From contig OZ038378.1 in assembly GCA_964036045.1 (NCBI GenBank), forward strand, positions 95,976,001 through 96,040,000: a stretch of 64,000 bases of DNA, read 5' to 3'. The notes beneath the pieces were generated by a model. That model did not search any database. It was not told the origin of the DNA and saw only the letters and a list, made by a program, of their open reading frames with translations. Numbering within the stretch: the stretch's first letter is position 1; each line of letters opens with the position of its first letter. The position numbers were made by a program, and so were the translations under genes. The stretch is from Eutreptiella sp. 'Long Island Sound 2002' (taxonomy: Eukaryota > Protista > Euglenida). Of this stretch, positions 50,188 through 63,469 are shown in pieces.

Positions 50188-50990
50188 TTGTATAAGGAAG
50201 GGGACACAATACCAACAAAGGTGAAGCTCCTTCATATGGAGAAGACAATACTGGCGCTTTGTCTAAATACTGGCACTTACCTACCAAGAGTTCAGGCAAA
50301 ATTTGATGCATTTGTTGTGGTGGCGCAGAATGGGCCACTGACGGACATGCCGTCTAAAAGCAAGGAGCTACTTTTGGGGTTGAAGGTGTTTTGAAGGAGT
50401 ATTGCCAAGCTGCATTTAGGATTGGTGTCTTCGCGACGGACTGCAATTTGGCTGGTAGAGATCCCGGAAGTGGGAAGAATACCTTGCCAGTGCTGGAGTC
50501 CTGTTTGTTGGTTATGCTTTCTTTGGTGGGGGATCAATGGGAGAATGTGGAGTACATCAAGACATTGGTGGCCGCTCTGGTTACATGGCATTGTTGGCAC
50601 TCTCGAACGCCCGGTGGTATTCACAGTGAGGAATATGGGGAGGCAATGTTGAGCAGTTTGTGCGCACAGTGCCGGATTTGGACTACCATCACATCTCCGA
50701 GTGGCACCTCCGAAACTTTTGTAACGTTGAGTCAGACCCTGATAGCGAGGAAGAACCTACGGTTCTCACTGACGGAGAAGTGTGTGATGCGGTATGGGTC
50801 CAATCTGAGAAAGTTTGTCTATTGCATCCTTGCCCATTGTGCAAATCGAAGACCCCACCGCTTCGGGTTGTAGAAGCAGCTGTGTTGCGTAGTGTAGATG
50901 ACCTTCGTTTTCCCAGAACATTTGCGGCAGCTCCACCACGTAGGGTGCTGTTCAGTGTCTTCCACAAATATATTAGCCCTTCTTCGTAAA
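50188..50990 (+). pseudogene. Degenerate ORF, possible unclassified transposase C-terminus
   Basis: KLLHMEKTILAL...FLKEYC...WHSRTPGGIHSEEYGEAMLSSL across a frameshift. Confidence 0.35.
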
Positions 50991-53226
50991 AATCCCCGAA
51001 ACAATGACCCTCTTACGTTTCTACAGCAAACAATGCCTCCGTCAACGATCGCAGGGCAACGGAATGCGGATATTCAGCGATTGATGCACATTACCCGCCC
51101 GCCTAAGCCCAAACCCAAACCGAAACCCAAACCAGGGAAAGCCGTTACAAAACCAGCCCCCCGCCCCCAGGAAGGGTGCACCCATCACCAAATTTGCCGC
51201 AAGGAATCCAAAACCACCAGCCAAATGTGGCCCACATCAACCAGTACTGCAGAATAGAGTGCAACATCCAAATTGGGGGGGGGGGGGGGGGGGCAGGTGC
51301 GGACAATGCTAGCGATGACGAGGACGATGGCCCTGAGGTGGCCTTGTTTGCAGTCCACAGTGACGGTGATGACAGTAGTGTTTCGGATGACGACGACGTA
51401 GTAGCAATTCTGGATGAAGAAAAGGTTTTCGGATAGGATACTTCACAATGGGACTGACATACGTGTTGTCTACACAAGATACCAGATAGTGTCCCTTGAT
51501 TGTCGTGTTTTTGCATTGAGTGGCGAAATTTGGCCACATCTGGCGTATTTGGTCTTTCAATTGTGTATTTAGCATATTTTGGTTTGAGACGGGAAATTTC
51601 GCATGCTTTTGGGTTTTGTATGTTTTGAGTCTGTGTGCTAGAGGGTTGTGTTACAGTGCTGCCACTCGTACCAACAATGTGCCATTCATTTTTGTGTGTG
51701 CTCCCGACTCTCTTGATTTGATGTACTACATTTTGCTGAGAATATCATGATTTGTGATCTAAGGTCCTTTCTGCAGGTTTCCTAGTTTCCTCTTTGCAAA
51801 GGCTATAAATTGGGAATAATGGGTTCAGAAATAACAGAATCCCCACTGTCTGTCAGTGAGATCCATGCCCAGAGCACCCTAATTTTCTCCTAGGCCCAAC
51901 TGTCATGTCATCTGTACCCCCAAAAACAAATACCAGTGTGCTTGTGGGCCCTGAGCCACCCTCTTTATCACAACCCTCGCACGGGTCTTCCGAGGGCCCC
52001 AGTCAACGGACGCCGCACGGGTGGGGAAGCAAGAAGGGACCTTCGAAAACAGTCACTCTAGCAGATGCAGTCCAAAAGACAGTGGTGTTATCCCGCAAGG
52101 TCCTGCCGGTGGATGTGAACCGCGAGCATGGGCAAATCCGGAAGGTCAGCGAGACCAGATTGAAGCTGCGGCTGGAGAAGTTGGCAACTGTCCCTCCCGT
52201 GGGGATCATCAAAGGATTACTGGTCTGGCCTGACAATTGTATGTTGCTGCATGTGCACCTACACCTTTGTCGTTTGTTTTATGTCCTGGGGACAAATTTT
52301 GTTCTGCTATTGCTGCAGTGGGCAGCTTCTGGACCATTGGTGGTCAGCATGTCTTTTGTGCGGCAAGGAGACTAGCAAGTGAACTGGAGAAAAAGAATCC
52401 GGACCCTTTGAGATCGCACCTGGAGTTTGAGTGTATGGTTCTAAAATGGGATACTTCCTCGCACCAGAGGAGATGCCTGACCGGCCATTAGCACACAGCA
52501 CAGACTGTCCAGAGGAGTTGGTTCACCCATGCCGCAGTATGTTAAGCAGGCATCCCGAAATGCACTATGAAACCATCGAATTATGCTGATAGTGGCGAAA
52601 TGTCGCGTCTCATGCCGAAACATGGTGTGGACACCCTTTTTTCTTCATAACAGGAAATACATCCGAGATTGCTACGTTACAATGTCATATCAAGGGGATT
52701 GGTGCATTGGAGTTCCGCTGTGCAGACTGGGTGTATACTGATGACTTGCCTATACCTCTCTGGAACTCCGTGTGCAAGGCTGAAATGTGGACATCCTCAA
52801 AATAAGTAGACTTCAGGAGCCACCTAGCCAGACCCCGTAGTTCCTTATTCCACACTCCGAAGGGAATGTGGTTCACTGAAAGACATTTTGGTTCTGGTGC
52901 AAATGCTACTGGCGGTGAGTCCCCCTTTCAGCTTTGTCTTCTGTATCGTACTACCATTTTGAATGCTACTGTCGTTGGGTTGCCGTTCATGCTGGCTGTT
53001 GTTGAGGTTCCAAAAGGCTGGTCCATTGGTCTACCACCTCTTGATTTGCGACATGTTTCAATGGGGAAAGCATTAGTGGTTGCTAGTGCATTGGCAGACG
53101 TTCGAATCATCATTAAGCTGCTGCAGACTGACCTAGCTGAGGAGTGAGTCAATCACGTGAGTGTCATGGTGTACAACACTGGCAGCTGCAGTCCGAAATT
53201 CACTATGATGCAATCGGTGATCATGA

Positions 53227-54129
53227 TTGTCACGTTCACTCCCATTCCAAGAAAGGTGTATTGCCCCTTGTGAATTGTACCCCGAAAAACCCAAATCTCA
53301 ACATCGAGCGAAATTTCGCCACTCCCGTCCGTCATTTTGTCCTCTTTGCACCATCTATTTATCTGCCGATGTACCTACGTTCGGTGAAGGCCCGTTGCCT
53401 AGTATCCTGTGTCCTGAGACTATTCAATGGGTGCTGAAAGTCCCTATGAAACTTTCCAACTTGGTGTTGGTGATGTCCTCCTCCCCAAATCCGGCTTTTC
53501 AGCTGCACACTTGTCTCAAGGCGGAACATTTGGTTGTATTTGGTTTCGTCAAAGTTGCGGTTGATGAACTACCAAAGGAAACTATAGAGCTCACACGTGG
53601 TCATTTAAGAGAGGCTGACTCTCTGGCCCGAATCTACTGGGAGTTTGTGTTGCCGCAAATGCACAAGGGTGTGCCTGTGGACAGCACTGGAATGGCCTAT
53701 GTACCCGATGACCCTAATGAAGACGATTGCATCGATAGTATGCCGGACGTGGATGCCAAGCCCAACGGAACCCCACAGCCTAAGGCGTCTAAGCCAAAGT
53801 CCAAGAAGGGGATTGCCAGCAACCCCCTTGGTGGGCATGCAGGTGGCCGTGCCGAACCCCAAGCAACACCTACAAAAAGGGCTCGATCACCCTCTGTTGA
53901 GACTCGTACGGCGCAAGAGGATGAGGAGCAGACACAACAGCAGAGTCAACAGTTGGTCACACCACACAAAGGAAATATGCATCCACTGTTTGAGCCGAAA
54001 GGACAGCAACGGGCACCAGAGGGATTGGAGAAGTTTGCGAATTTGGTGAGTGGTGGGACAGCACCAGCAACCCAGCCACAGCAGCAACCTCGAAAAGGAA
54101 CGCGTTTGGGGAACAAACGACGACCGTGA
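53227..54129 (+). CDS. 300-aa ORF of unknown function (CPLC motif, K/P/Q-rich tail), possibly a TE accessory gene
   Basis: Open for 300 codons with protein-like composition. An upstream frame (52550-53147) also looks coding. No family recognised. Confidence 0.3.
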   Translation: MSRSLPFQERCIAPCELYPEKPKSQHRAKFRHSRPSFCPLCTIYLSADVPTFGEGPLPSILCPETIQWVLKVPMKLSNLVLVMSSSPNPAFQLHTCLKAEHLVVFGFVKVAVDELPKETIELTRGHLREADSLARIYWEFVLPQMHKGVPVDSTGMAYVPDDPNEDDCIDSMPDVDAKPNGTPQPKASKPKSKKGIASNPLGGHAGGRAEPQATPTKRARSPSVETRTAQEDEEQTQQQSQQLVTPHKGNMHPLFEPKGQQRAPEGLEKFANLVSGGTAPATQPQQQPRKGTRLGNKRRP

Positions 54130-55249
54130 TTTAGTGTCGACTGCTATCATGAGACATTGGTGAATGCAGAACCACCATCCTCTGAGCAGTTGACTTGAAT
54201 TTTAATTTGTGTCCGACTTTATTTGATTTGTCGTTCTCACTCACCCTTATGGGTGTTGGCACATGGAGTTGCCTTTTGTAGGCAACATTTGGTGGTTTCT
54301 GTGATGTATGTTTGTGTCTTGATTGATTGTGAAGACTTCCTTGTGGTTCGAATCGTATGTCTGTGATATTCTGTATCAATCACGTAATGTCGCCATCGGG
54401 CCATGGAGTGACACTATTTTGTACCTCAGTATACTGCATTTTGCCAAATGTGGTGAAATTTCGCGAAAATGGGGGTCTGTTTCACCATGCATCAATTCAG
54501 TCTGTCACAGAGTGTCACCTGTACACGGTAGAAAGTCTTCAGTGGACAATGCAATTTGTGCTTAAGTGCTATTTCTTTGAATTTGGATGCCTGTTTTGGA
54601 TGGTTTACAAGTGTCCTCAATTGCAAGCAAAAAGGGCCAAGTGGACAATATGGGGCATGATGTGAGTGAAAAACTTCACTCGTTGTGCGATGTGTGCAAT
54701 TGGGGGGTAGTAATTTAGCTTTTTTTTTCCACCCCATGAATGGCCTTCATTTCGCAGACCCCCCCCCCCCACCCCCTGAGCAATTAAGGCCTCCTAAGAA
54801 AAAAGCTTGTTAATTTTTTATCCCCAAAATTAATTTATCCCAATTCATATTATCGATCGAAAATTCATTCATACATTAATTATTAACGACATCACGGCTT
54901 ACTATTAATCTACAAAAATTACTGAAAGCAACGCAAAAATTCCCCGAAACGCACAATCAAGCGGGCATATGCAAAACACTCCAGGACTTGATTGTTTGTT
55001 TTGATCGTGTCGCCCAACATCCGCTTCATCTCCAATGCGTGCATGGCAAGGTGAACAAAGAGTTGGGGGTGGGGAAGCAAGATTGGAAAGTAGAGGGCTA
55101 CGGGTCGCCATGAGTTTGGCCATGCTACATGGGACGGTATGGAAGGTCCGGTAGTTGCGTAACAGGAGGTCGAGCTTTAAGAACGAACACTCCCAAACTT
55201 GTAAAAACAACTCTACCTCCCTTTATACTTGCGTTGCCCCTTGCACCCC

Positions 55250-55576
55250 CCCCCAGTTGGCCCGTGTGGTCATTGTGAGCGCTTGACGATGGCGTTGGCG
55301 CTCTCAACAATGTCCGCACACAAGGCACACACCCCACACCCTAAATGGCCCGTGTTGGCCTCGGCCTCGGCAACATCCGCCTCCAAGTATAGGAGGTAGT
55401 GGGATTTGCACGCCTCCATGGAGCAATGTGCGCGGTAGGAGTGCGCCACTAGGTCTCTGCGGGGGCTGCTTGTCCGTGTACAAATCCCCGAGGACATCAC
55501 GCATGGCCACAACGACTTGCCACTCACCATCCTCAGGGACGTAGTCCAACATCGCTCCAGCTTCATTACCCATCAT
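55250..55576 (-). pseudogene. Second-family RAG1/Transib-like transposase C-terminal fragment
   Basis: Joined frames give LDYVPEDGEWQVVVAMRDVLGDLY...SHYLLYLEADV...CADIVESANAIVKR, resembling RAG1 ESGNKLFRR. Confidence 0.45.
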
Positions 55577-56378
55577 CTAGTGACCAATTTCGAATTTCGT
55601 ACGAAATTTGGTACAAAATTCGCAACCTCGAATTTGGAACAAGTCTTGTGTCAATTTTGGCGAATTTGCACCAGATTTGACCGAACAACACCGAATATGT
55701 GGAGACCGTTGGCTAGTTAACACCTTCAATCGAAGATAGCACCAAAAACGAACACTATGGCACCAAGTTACACGCAAAACACAGCAAAAAGTTGCCAATT
55801 TCGCGCCTCCGCGAATCCCCGATTCAAACGGCCGCTTAACGAAGGGTACGACTTGCTGCCCGCTTCACGTTCGATTTCTTTGGTTGGGTCATTTGTACCC
55901 TTTTTTTTCATGCACATATGACGACCCCTAGGGGGCGTTATGTGGTACATTGCTGCACAACCGGATAGTGGAGAGGTGCCAATGTTTCCTGGTTTGGTGT
56001 CTTGGACACCCCCGGGCTGTTGTGCACTATCCTCTCCACTCCCCAGACAAACCCACGTACTTGTGGGTGATAGGGATTGCTGTGTGCGGGGAAAGGGAGA
56101 TTGCCGCATGGGCAACGATATGGGCCGAGGACTTGCAGGTTTGTGGCCCATTGGTTGTTTGTTGATGTTTGCGTTGTTTTTTTCGGATTGAAATCTGTTT
56201 TTCAGTTAATATTAACGCCAAGTGAAAAATAAACTTAATATCAAACTCGGGAAATTAGTCCAAACATTAACCCATGTATTTTTCATAGGTATTGCAGTCC
56301 ATACACAATTACAAGAAGTTGTACCAGGAATTGTGCTAGGTGCCAAGTGGGTTGGTTGTGGGGTGAGACCAACCCCTC

Positions 56379-56837
56379 ATGCCGTGCCTTATCAGTGTCT
56401 CTATTTCGCCCATGATGGGCTCTATTTACAATACGGGGGTATGGGACGAGACTGCGACGGCATGCGTCAACGTGGCGAACCAAAGCACATTGGATAGTGA
56501 TGCAACGGCCCGACAGTGCTACAAGGAGACCGGCCGTAGCTTGGACAATCAGGGGTGCTTAGGGGAGGCACACATTTTGGTGCATGGATGTGTGATCTTC
56601 CTATGCATCCTCAATTGTTGCATGGCTATTGGCCGGCTCGAGTTGGCGTTCATCGAGGCACCCCTTGTGGACCTCCGGAAGGTGGGTGCCTCGGCGACAC
56701 CCAACGAAGAGGAGGTCCATGCATTGTTTCTCGCGTGGGGCATGAATTATACCCCCTCAACTCCCTCTAAAGCAACCACAAATGTGGCGGTTTGGTCAAG
56801 AAAACAGCAAACCTTTGGTAAATTCGCGCAAATTTGA
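56379..56837 (+). pseudogene. Possible RAG1/Transib-like transposase middle fragment
   Basis: IFLCILNCCMAIGRL resembles RAG1 DALHCDIGN if N replaced H. Weak match. Confidence 0.3.
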
Positions 56838-58194
56838 ATCCTCCATTCAAGCAACCGCTTATCGGTCGTTCACGAAGGGTGCTTGACTTCAAGGGGCAGG
56901 CAGGTTGCGGGAGGGAAGGTAAAGGTTGAGGAAGAGGGGGCTGGACGCAGGGGTAATAGATGGGCCCCGGGACGGGGACACCGAGGGGGAGGAATTTGAG
57001 CAAGTGGACCCCCGCCCCCCGAGGTGCAAACCACCCTCCCCCAGTGGCTCGAAGGCAATGATCTTACCACTCAAGCTGCTTGCTTGTAATGTCGCATGGC
57101 ACCTCGATGGGGCAAAACATGACAATCAAGGTATCGAGGCTCAAGTAGAATGTGTCATTTTTTTATTATTGTGGTGGATGCTGAGAAGTAGCCATGGAGG
57201 GAAGTCCATCGGCCGCGAGAGGAGCCATCGAGGGATGGGTTGGGTATTGCAAATACGGTTTTCAAGGCCCTATGCCCCACCTCTGCTACCCCTAGGAAGG
57301 CGCGGCTGTTCCCCAGGCCAGCCCAAGTTCTTGAGCAGGGCTATGTAGGGGACTAGCCAGTTAGTTGCTCCCCCCACCACAGCCACATGACGGTCAATTG
57401 AATTTTCCTTCGGCTAATGCGGTGCCTCCTTCGCCTTCACGGCGAATCCAACGGTACCTGGGGCAAGGATGGCAACAGTGGGGGGATTTGGGTCTCGAAA
57501 TCCCACACTGGAGCCCCCCTCTCCTCCTCTGCTAAGGAGCACATCAATGTAGGCAAGTTGCCTGCCCTAAATTTGCTTTATGACCCACACCTCGTCTGTA
57601 TCCCAATAGGCCATTATTACTGAGTGCTATTGATGCCAGCTGGGCTACTGCAAGCAGTGGCGGCAAGACAAGGCCGTTGTGTTTGGGCCAGTGCGGGACA
57701 CAATCCTCGCCCTGCCGAGACCATTGTACGACCCTGGTTGTCAGGCATCCTACAAGAGGGTGCTGCCGAACACCTGGCTAGGCGGCTGCGAAGGCCGCCA
57801 ACGCGGCCAAACTGGCCGCCGCAGCGCCTGAGGCTGCTAGCCCCGGCGACCCCGTTGAGGGCCCCAATGCGGCCTCGCTTTTCCGACATGCCATGAGGGC
57901 AGTGCAGTCGCTAGGGACCAATGGAGCCCTTGAGGTACGGTACTTGCATGTAGATCAATGTTTAACTCGCCGGTGTTAAATTCCTGAGAGTGATAGTTAT
58001 TTTTTTCGCCGCAGTTGCCCACATCAAACGGTAAAGGTGAATATCAATGTCTAACAATTAATATAGTCGCTACAAAAATTTACCTTTCCAGTGTTTTTTT
58101 TTGTGTGTTTTTTGGATGTTCTGGTTAACACCACCCACACCAGGCCTATCCATGTGGCCCGGACAGATGCAGAGGGCACCTAGGAAGTACACCA

Positions 58195-61100
58195 GTGTGC
58201 CTTCATCGAATCATGGCTCGAGATCCACCCTTTGGCCTTGATATCCTTTTTGGCCTACATGAGTGGGAGACCGCTCGGGTGGTGTCCGGCTTGTGGGTCG
58301 CGGCACGTCATTTCCGGCCCGGTGACTGGGCCCGCGTGCAAGAGGTGGGTTATACGGGGGAGGGGGCGGATGAGCAGTTGTGGGGGGCCGTGGGAGGGGG
58401 TGGGGGTAAGCGGCGAGGAGGAACAGGGGGCGTCCACCACCACTCCAAAAACCCCACCCCAAGCCCAGCCCGCCCCCTCCCCCCTCCCCCTCCCTCCAGC
58501 CCCCCGGCGAAAAAAAGCGCCCCTCCTTCAAGTTCGACGAGTCGGATGCCTCGGCGATCGTCTGGGCCAAAAAGAACGAGTAAACCCCCCGCCCCCCCTG
58601 CCTCCCCCCCCTCCGCAAAGGCCTTGAAGGCCGTTCCCGCCCCCAAGGCCACCACCGCCCACAAACCCCCTCCTTAAGGCCGCGGACCCCCCAAAGAACG
58701 GGTGGGAGTCAGCAGCGAGGCAGGGCGACCGTCCGGACGATCCCATCGTCGGGGAGGTCCCCCACGTTCCCTAATCCTCAAAGGCTCAAGGGTAGAAACG
58801 GGCACCTTGCACGGTGTCCATTGGCGAAAGGGTGGTGTTTTTTGGCTGGAATATCTAGGCAGCACCACCGTTTATGAGGCTGCCCGGCACCTCCTCTTCC
58901 CCATCCCCGAGGCGCCCGAGCGGCATCGGCAAGATGCCCAAGGGGGGCAAGGCGGCAAGCGGAACCCCAACATAACCCGCCCCCCCCCGCTCCCCAGGCC
59001 CCTGCCGGGCGCACCCCCCACCAAAGGGAGTGTGGAGGTTGACCGAGGCCCACGTCGGAAACCCCTCCGTGCGGGCTGAGGGCATCGGAGGGTACAAACA
59101 CAGGCCAACTTTGGAGTGTGGCCCAACGCAGGACGCCGTGGGCATCGAGACACACAACCATTGACCCACAGGATACGCCCGGGTAGCGCCTACTTGAGGG
59201 CCCCACAGCACGTCAAGTAGAAAGCATACCGAGCACAAGCCAGTGACACAGGCCAAAACATACCGGAAGAGGAGAGACACATAGTCAAAAACTCCCTCCT
59301 TTTCCCCGCCTTGAGCGGTGGATAAGCTGGCGACGACCGGCGTGGGGAGGGGGCGAGAGACACAAGCACTACGCACACAGCAACTGACACCATGCATCGC
59401 GCCTGCACAAGTGACTGCTTTGCGGGCACGAGAGTCACATGTCACACGCGCTTACAGCCAGACGCTACAGATCCCCCCAACCTTCTCCACATACATGCTT
59501 GCAATGACGTGTCCATACCATGTACCTCCTCCCTCCTTTTTTTTGTGTCAGAGGTGCACTTCGCCCCTTGGGGGCTCCACGCCCGCCACGCGGCGAGCCT
59601 CCCTCTTGGGGGCGCGACTGACCTGTGCAAGGGAGCACCCTTGTCACTGCATTGGTCACCCCGATGCAGCCGGCCTGACTTTGTCCTCCCAGAGTCCTCT
59701 CCAGCCTTGGCATCATGTCCGCACCTCCGAAGGTGCCAGGCTCCTCCCAACCCCCCTCCGGTAAGCGCGAACGGTCCTCAAGCGGATGGGCTACCCACAA
59801 AGCTCGGGACGCTCGGCGTCAAGCGGAGTACTTCGAGAGTAAACAATCTTTGGAGAGCCGCAGCTATACGCTGGGGATGTTGGATGATCACCAGCTGCAA
59901 ATCCACTTGGCGCCCCCGCTGCAGGAGAAGTACGCGGCGACCGCATTGTTCGAACGATTCAAAGGGGGGCTGGTAAGGCGTCCACGCCCGAAGTGGCCAG
60001 CAGCGGTGGTCGTGCGGATGGAACGAGATAAGCCGACGCGACATTACTGCACATCTGGAGGCTGCAATTTGGCGGCACAAGGGCCCCGGACCTCTTCTTA
60101 AGTGTCACCTTCACCATCTTCGCCACCACAGAGCAGCGGTTTGTCTTGCGAGGAAAAGCCCGCGTCATCCGGGAAGTCGGTGCTCGGCTTTTCCCAACAA
60201 CGACGGCACAAGCGTCTCCAGCCGGTGCTGCGCACACACACTCTGCCCCGCCATGATGTTAGACACTTTCGCCGGCCTCTAACCTTCCACATCTCTGCAT
60301 GTGTTCAGTGTCCTGGTTCCTAACCGGCCGGCTGGCACACATTTGCTGCGTGAGGGTGAGTGCATGCATGTGGCGCGACTAGGGGCTGAACCTCCCTCTC
60401 CACATCCCCGCTTTGGGCAGTGGCCAGACTGCCATTAGCGGTCCCAGCGGTAAGGGGGGGGGCGCCCCCAGTGGGGTCTCCTGCTGTGCCTGTTGTGCCT
60501 TCCTAACCGCCTACCATGCTGCCTATCTTCTCAGTTTGGCATGCCTGCTTTGCTTGCATCTCTCATTGACCTCCTTGGCCGGTTTTTACGCGTGTTGGAG
60601 CACAGCACTAAGCCACGCCCGCAGTCGCTGCTGTGTGACTACACGACAGATGTCCCACTGCCTGCACTGCACAAGGCAATCAGGGCACTCGGTGACACCG
60701 CGGGAACCGCGCCCGGCAACCTCTGTGACACTTGGCGCCGCCTCACACTGGAAGTGGAGCTCTCTGCTGCCCGTGACCTGCAAGTCATGCTGACTACCAA
60801 TGGTGTTCTATTGTCAGTTACTGCCGATTTTAAGACTCTCACGGGGGTACAGATCATTACCCACTGCCCGGCGGCCATGGCTCAGTCTCTCCCTCTCTTG
60901 GCATTCACACAACCCGCACACGCTACCTCCCGGGAACTGCTCCTGAGATGGAACCCCTACTTCCGGCTCATTCACGGCAACTCGTTCCGGTCTAGGCTGC
61001 GGCAGTTGCTCGGGCGTACGGAAGCACATCAATCTCATGAGGCCCGGGGCACGCAGTATTGGAAGTTGGTGGCGGACCCCATTTTTGAGCGATTGCCACC

Positions 61101-63469
61101 ACAGCTATGATCACCATGGGCAGAGTGGCAGAAGAAAGATGGAACGGGACAATGGGCGGTTATCCTGGACATGCCCGCTAGGCCCCTCAACACCCCGCAT
61201 GTGGCACCGGACGTCCTGCACCAGTCTCACCCTTATTTTTTGTGGCGGGCAGCCGACCTGGTCGCCAAACCGCGGCAGAACTTCCCGGTGGGCTCTTCCG
61301 CCAACGTCAAAGTCCGCAAAGTCCCTGCCGAGCAAGCGCCGCGCGTGCTCCAAGCATCCACGCTGCTCCTCCGCAATGATGAAAGGGCAGGCCAAGTGAT
61401 GGATCTTGTGTAACCCAATGGGCACCGGCCTCGTTTCTGGCGTTGCACCTGGCTTCAGGGTTGAGAGACCCTATGTCAAGGTGCTCCCTGCAGGAGTTCC
61501 TCCGCACCCCCCGTTTGCCGGAGTTGTCTTTGGAGCCGTGGACTGCAGCCAGGGAAGCAGCTGACCCCGCAAAACTCGGCGGGTTCCTGTTGGATGATGG
61601 CCTTTCCCCTCCTTCAGCTAGCTCGACGGCCCACACAACGAAAGAGGTTCCGGATAAGTTGGTGGACGGGGACTCTATGCCCATCGACCTGCTGTTGCAG
61701 TTTGAGGCGGGAGTCCGGCCGGGGCCTACTGTACAAGACGACGGGCAACTGCGCAAGCTAACCGAACAACATCGCCAAATGTGCGACACCCATAAGCGAC
61801 AGAGGATGCTCTGTGTTAGGCACCCCAAGACCTGGTCCATCAAAGGATGATGCACGATGCTGCTACAGAGCGCCTGCAATCCCGCATTAACGACCTGCAG
61901 GTCCAAGTCACCAAGACGGTGCAGACCCTGGATAGCAGCCGCACTGTCACGGAAGGAGCGGGCACGGGAGACGCGCGCGTCCAACGGGTTGCGAAGACCC
62001 TGCTTTCTCTCGCTCGCAAATTTCCTCCCCCAGGCACGTAATTTCCCGATGCCTTGCACGCTTTAGAGAAGCTGTGCCCTGCCAACTACCCACGGATTGA
62101 AAAGCATCATGTGGCATGGTATCTGTCTCTGCCACTTCTTTTGACGGCCTGGGTAGCGAGGGGATCCCTGACCTTTCAAGACTTGCGGGTCTTCTTCGCG
62201 CAGTTGGATTCCACGCTTGACATGCCTCCAGCGGCTGCGACTTTGGCGGCGAGGTCTCTCCGCGAGTCCCCCATTGTCCATCTCACAGGCATTGACGACC
62301 GGGTGCCCTGAGCCTCGCTGATGTAGACAGGTGAGTCTGTGTCACTGGACGTGACGCTTCCGGTAAATGGCGGAGGAGGTCGCACTCCTCACAGTGTGCC
62401 TCCGGTGTTGAATGGCTTTCTCACTTGGCTCAATATGGTGGACGACCAAAATTTAGGGGGCCTTGCGCGTGCCTTTCATTTAGCTATGCAACTGGCGGGC
62501 TGCAATGTACCCAACTTTCCACATGATGCACTGCGGCGACAGTGGGAGCGCCTTCGGGCATCCTTGCCGTTGAGGCCCGCCGTCACCCAAGTGGTCGCAG
62601 CCTTGTACAAAGCCCACCCGCAGGATGACCCCTCGGTCCCGGCAGCCGGCCACCAGCCGGCAGTGCAGGCACAGAAATCCAATCAGTCCACGGGCAGCCG
62701 AGGTTCGGGGGGGTGGGCTCATTCTGATCCGGCGCCGTTTCCTGTGGGCTGCAATCTGCAATGGACTGCTGTCTCAGACCCCCCTTCCCAACCCATGTGT
62801 GCGAGAGTGCTAGCCGGCTTTCTGCGCTCCCATTTTCACGATAACCTTTGCACCGTGCTGGATGAGTTTGTCCGGGCAGAATTTTCCTTTGCTGACATGG
62901 GGATTCGCGAAGAGGCTCGGGCACGGGTAGAGCAAGGAGGCACAGTCACAAGGGGGGGCTTGAGAGTTCAGTGGCAGACGTCCTACTGCCCCCGGCCCCC
63001 TTCACCAGGGGGAGCGGAGGTTTTGCACATAGGTCCGCCCTGGCGATGTGGCAGGGGGGCGGCGGCGGCGCCTCCCGCCCCTGCCCCTGAATGCACGAGT
63101 GGCTCAGATGAGGGAGACCAACGCCGACACAAGCGGTCCCGTTCGGAGACGAGAGAACGTTCCCGTTCCCCTTCCAGGGAGCGCCGGCCCCACGAATGGC
63201 GGGCCGCGCCGGTCCAAGTCCCGGCGCGGCACGTGGATTCCTACTATGGAAATGAGTACCTGCGCAACCCCTTGACTTCCTCCACAGGGGCACCCTTTCA
63301 ATACGGGGCAACCTACGGATACCTGCCAGTACACAGTGGCGCGGCCACCCCCGCCCCCGCGTATCAGTCACCCCCCCCCTCCCCCCGCGCGTTGGGACAT
63401 AGCCTGCTCCCTTCGCCGGGAAACGGGCCAACCACGTATCCAAGTCCGGCCAGCACCCTACAATCGTGA
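58195..63469 (+). pseudogene. Series of long co-oriented degenerate ORFs (gag/ORF1-like, unassigned)
   Basis: 60493-61413 is one frame with one stop. 61847-63469 is one frame with a few stops and ends in RS-rich and Y/P-rich tracts. No RT, recombinase or transposase motif was seen. Confidence 0.35.
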
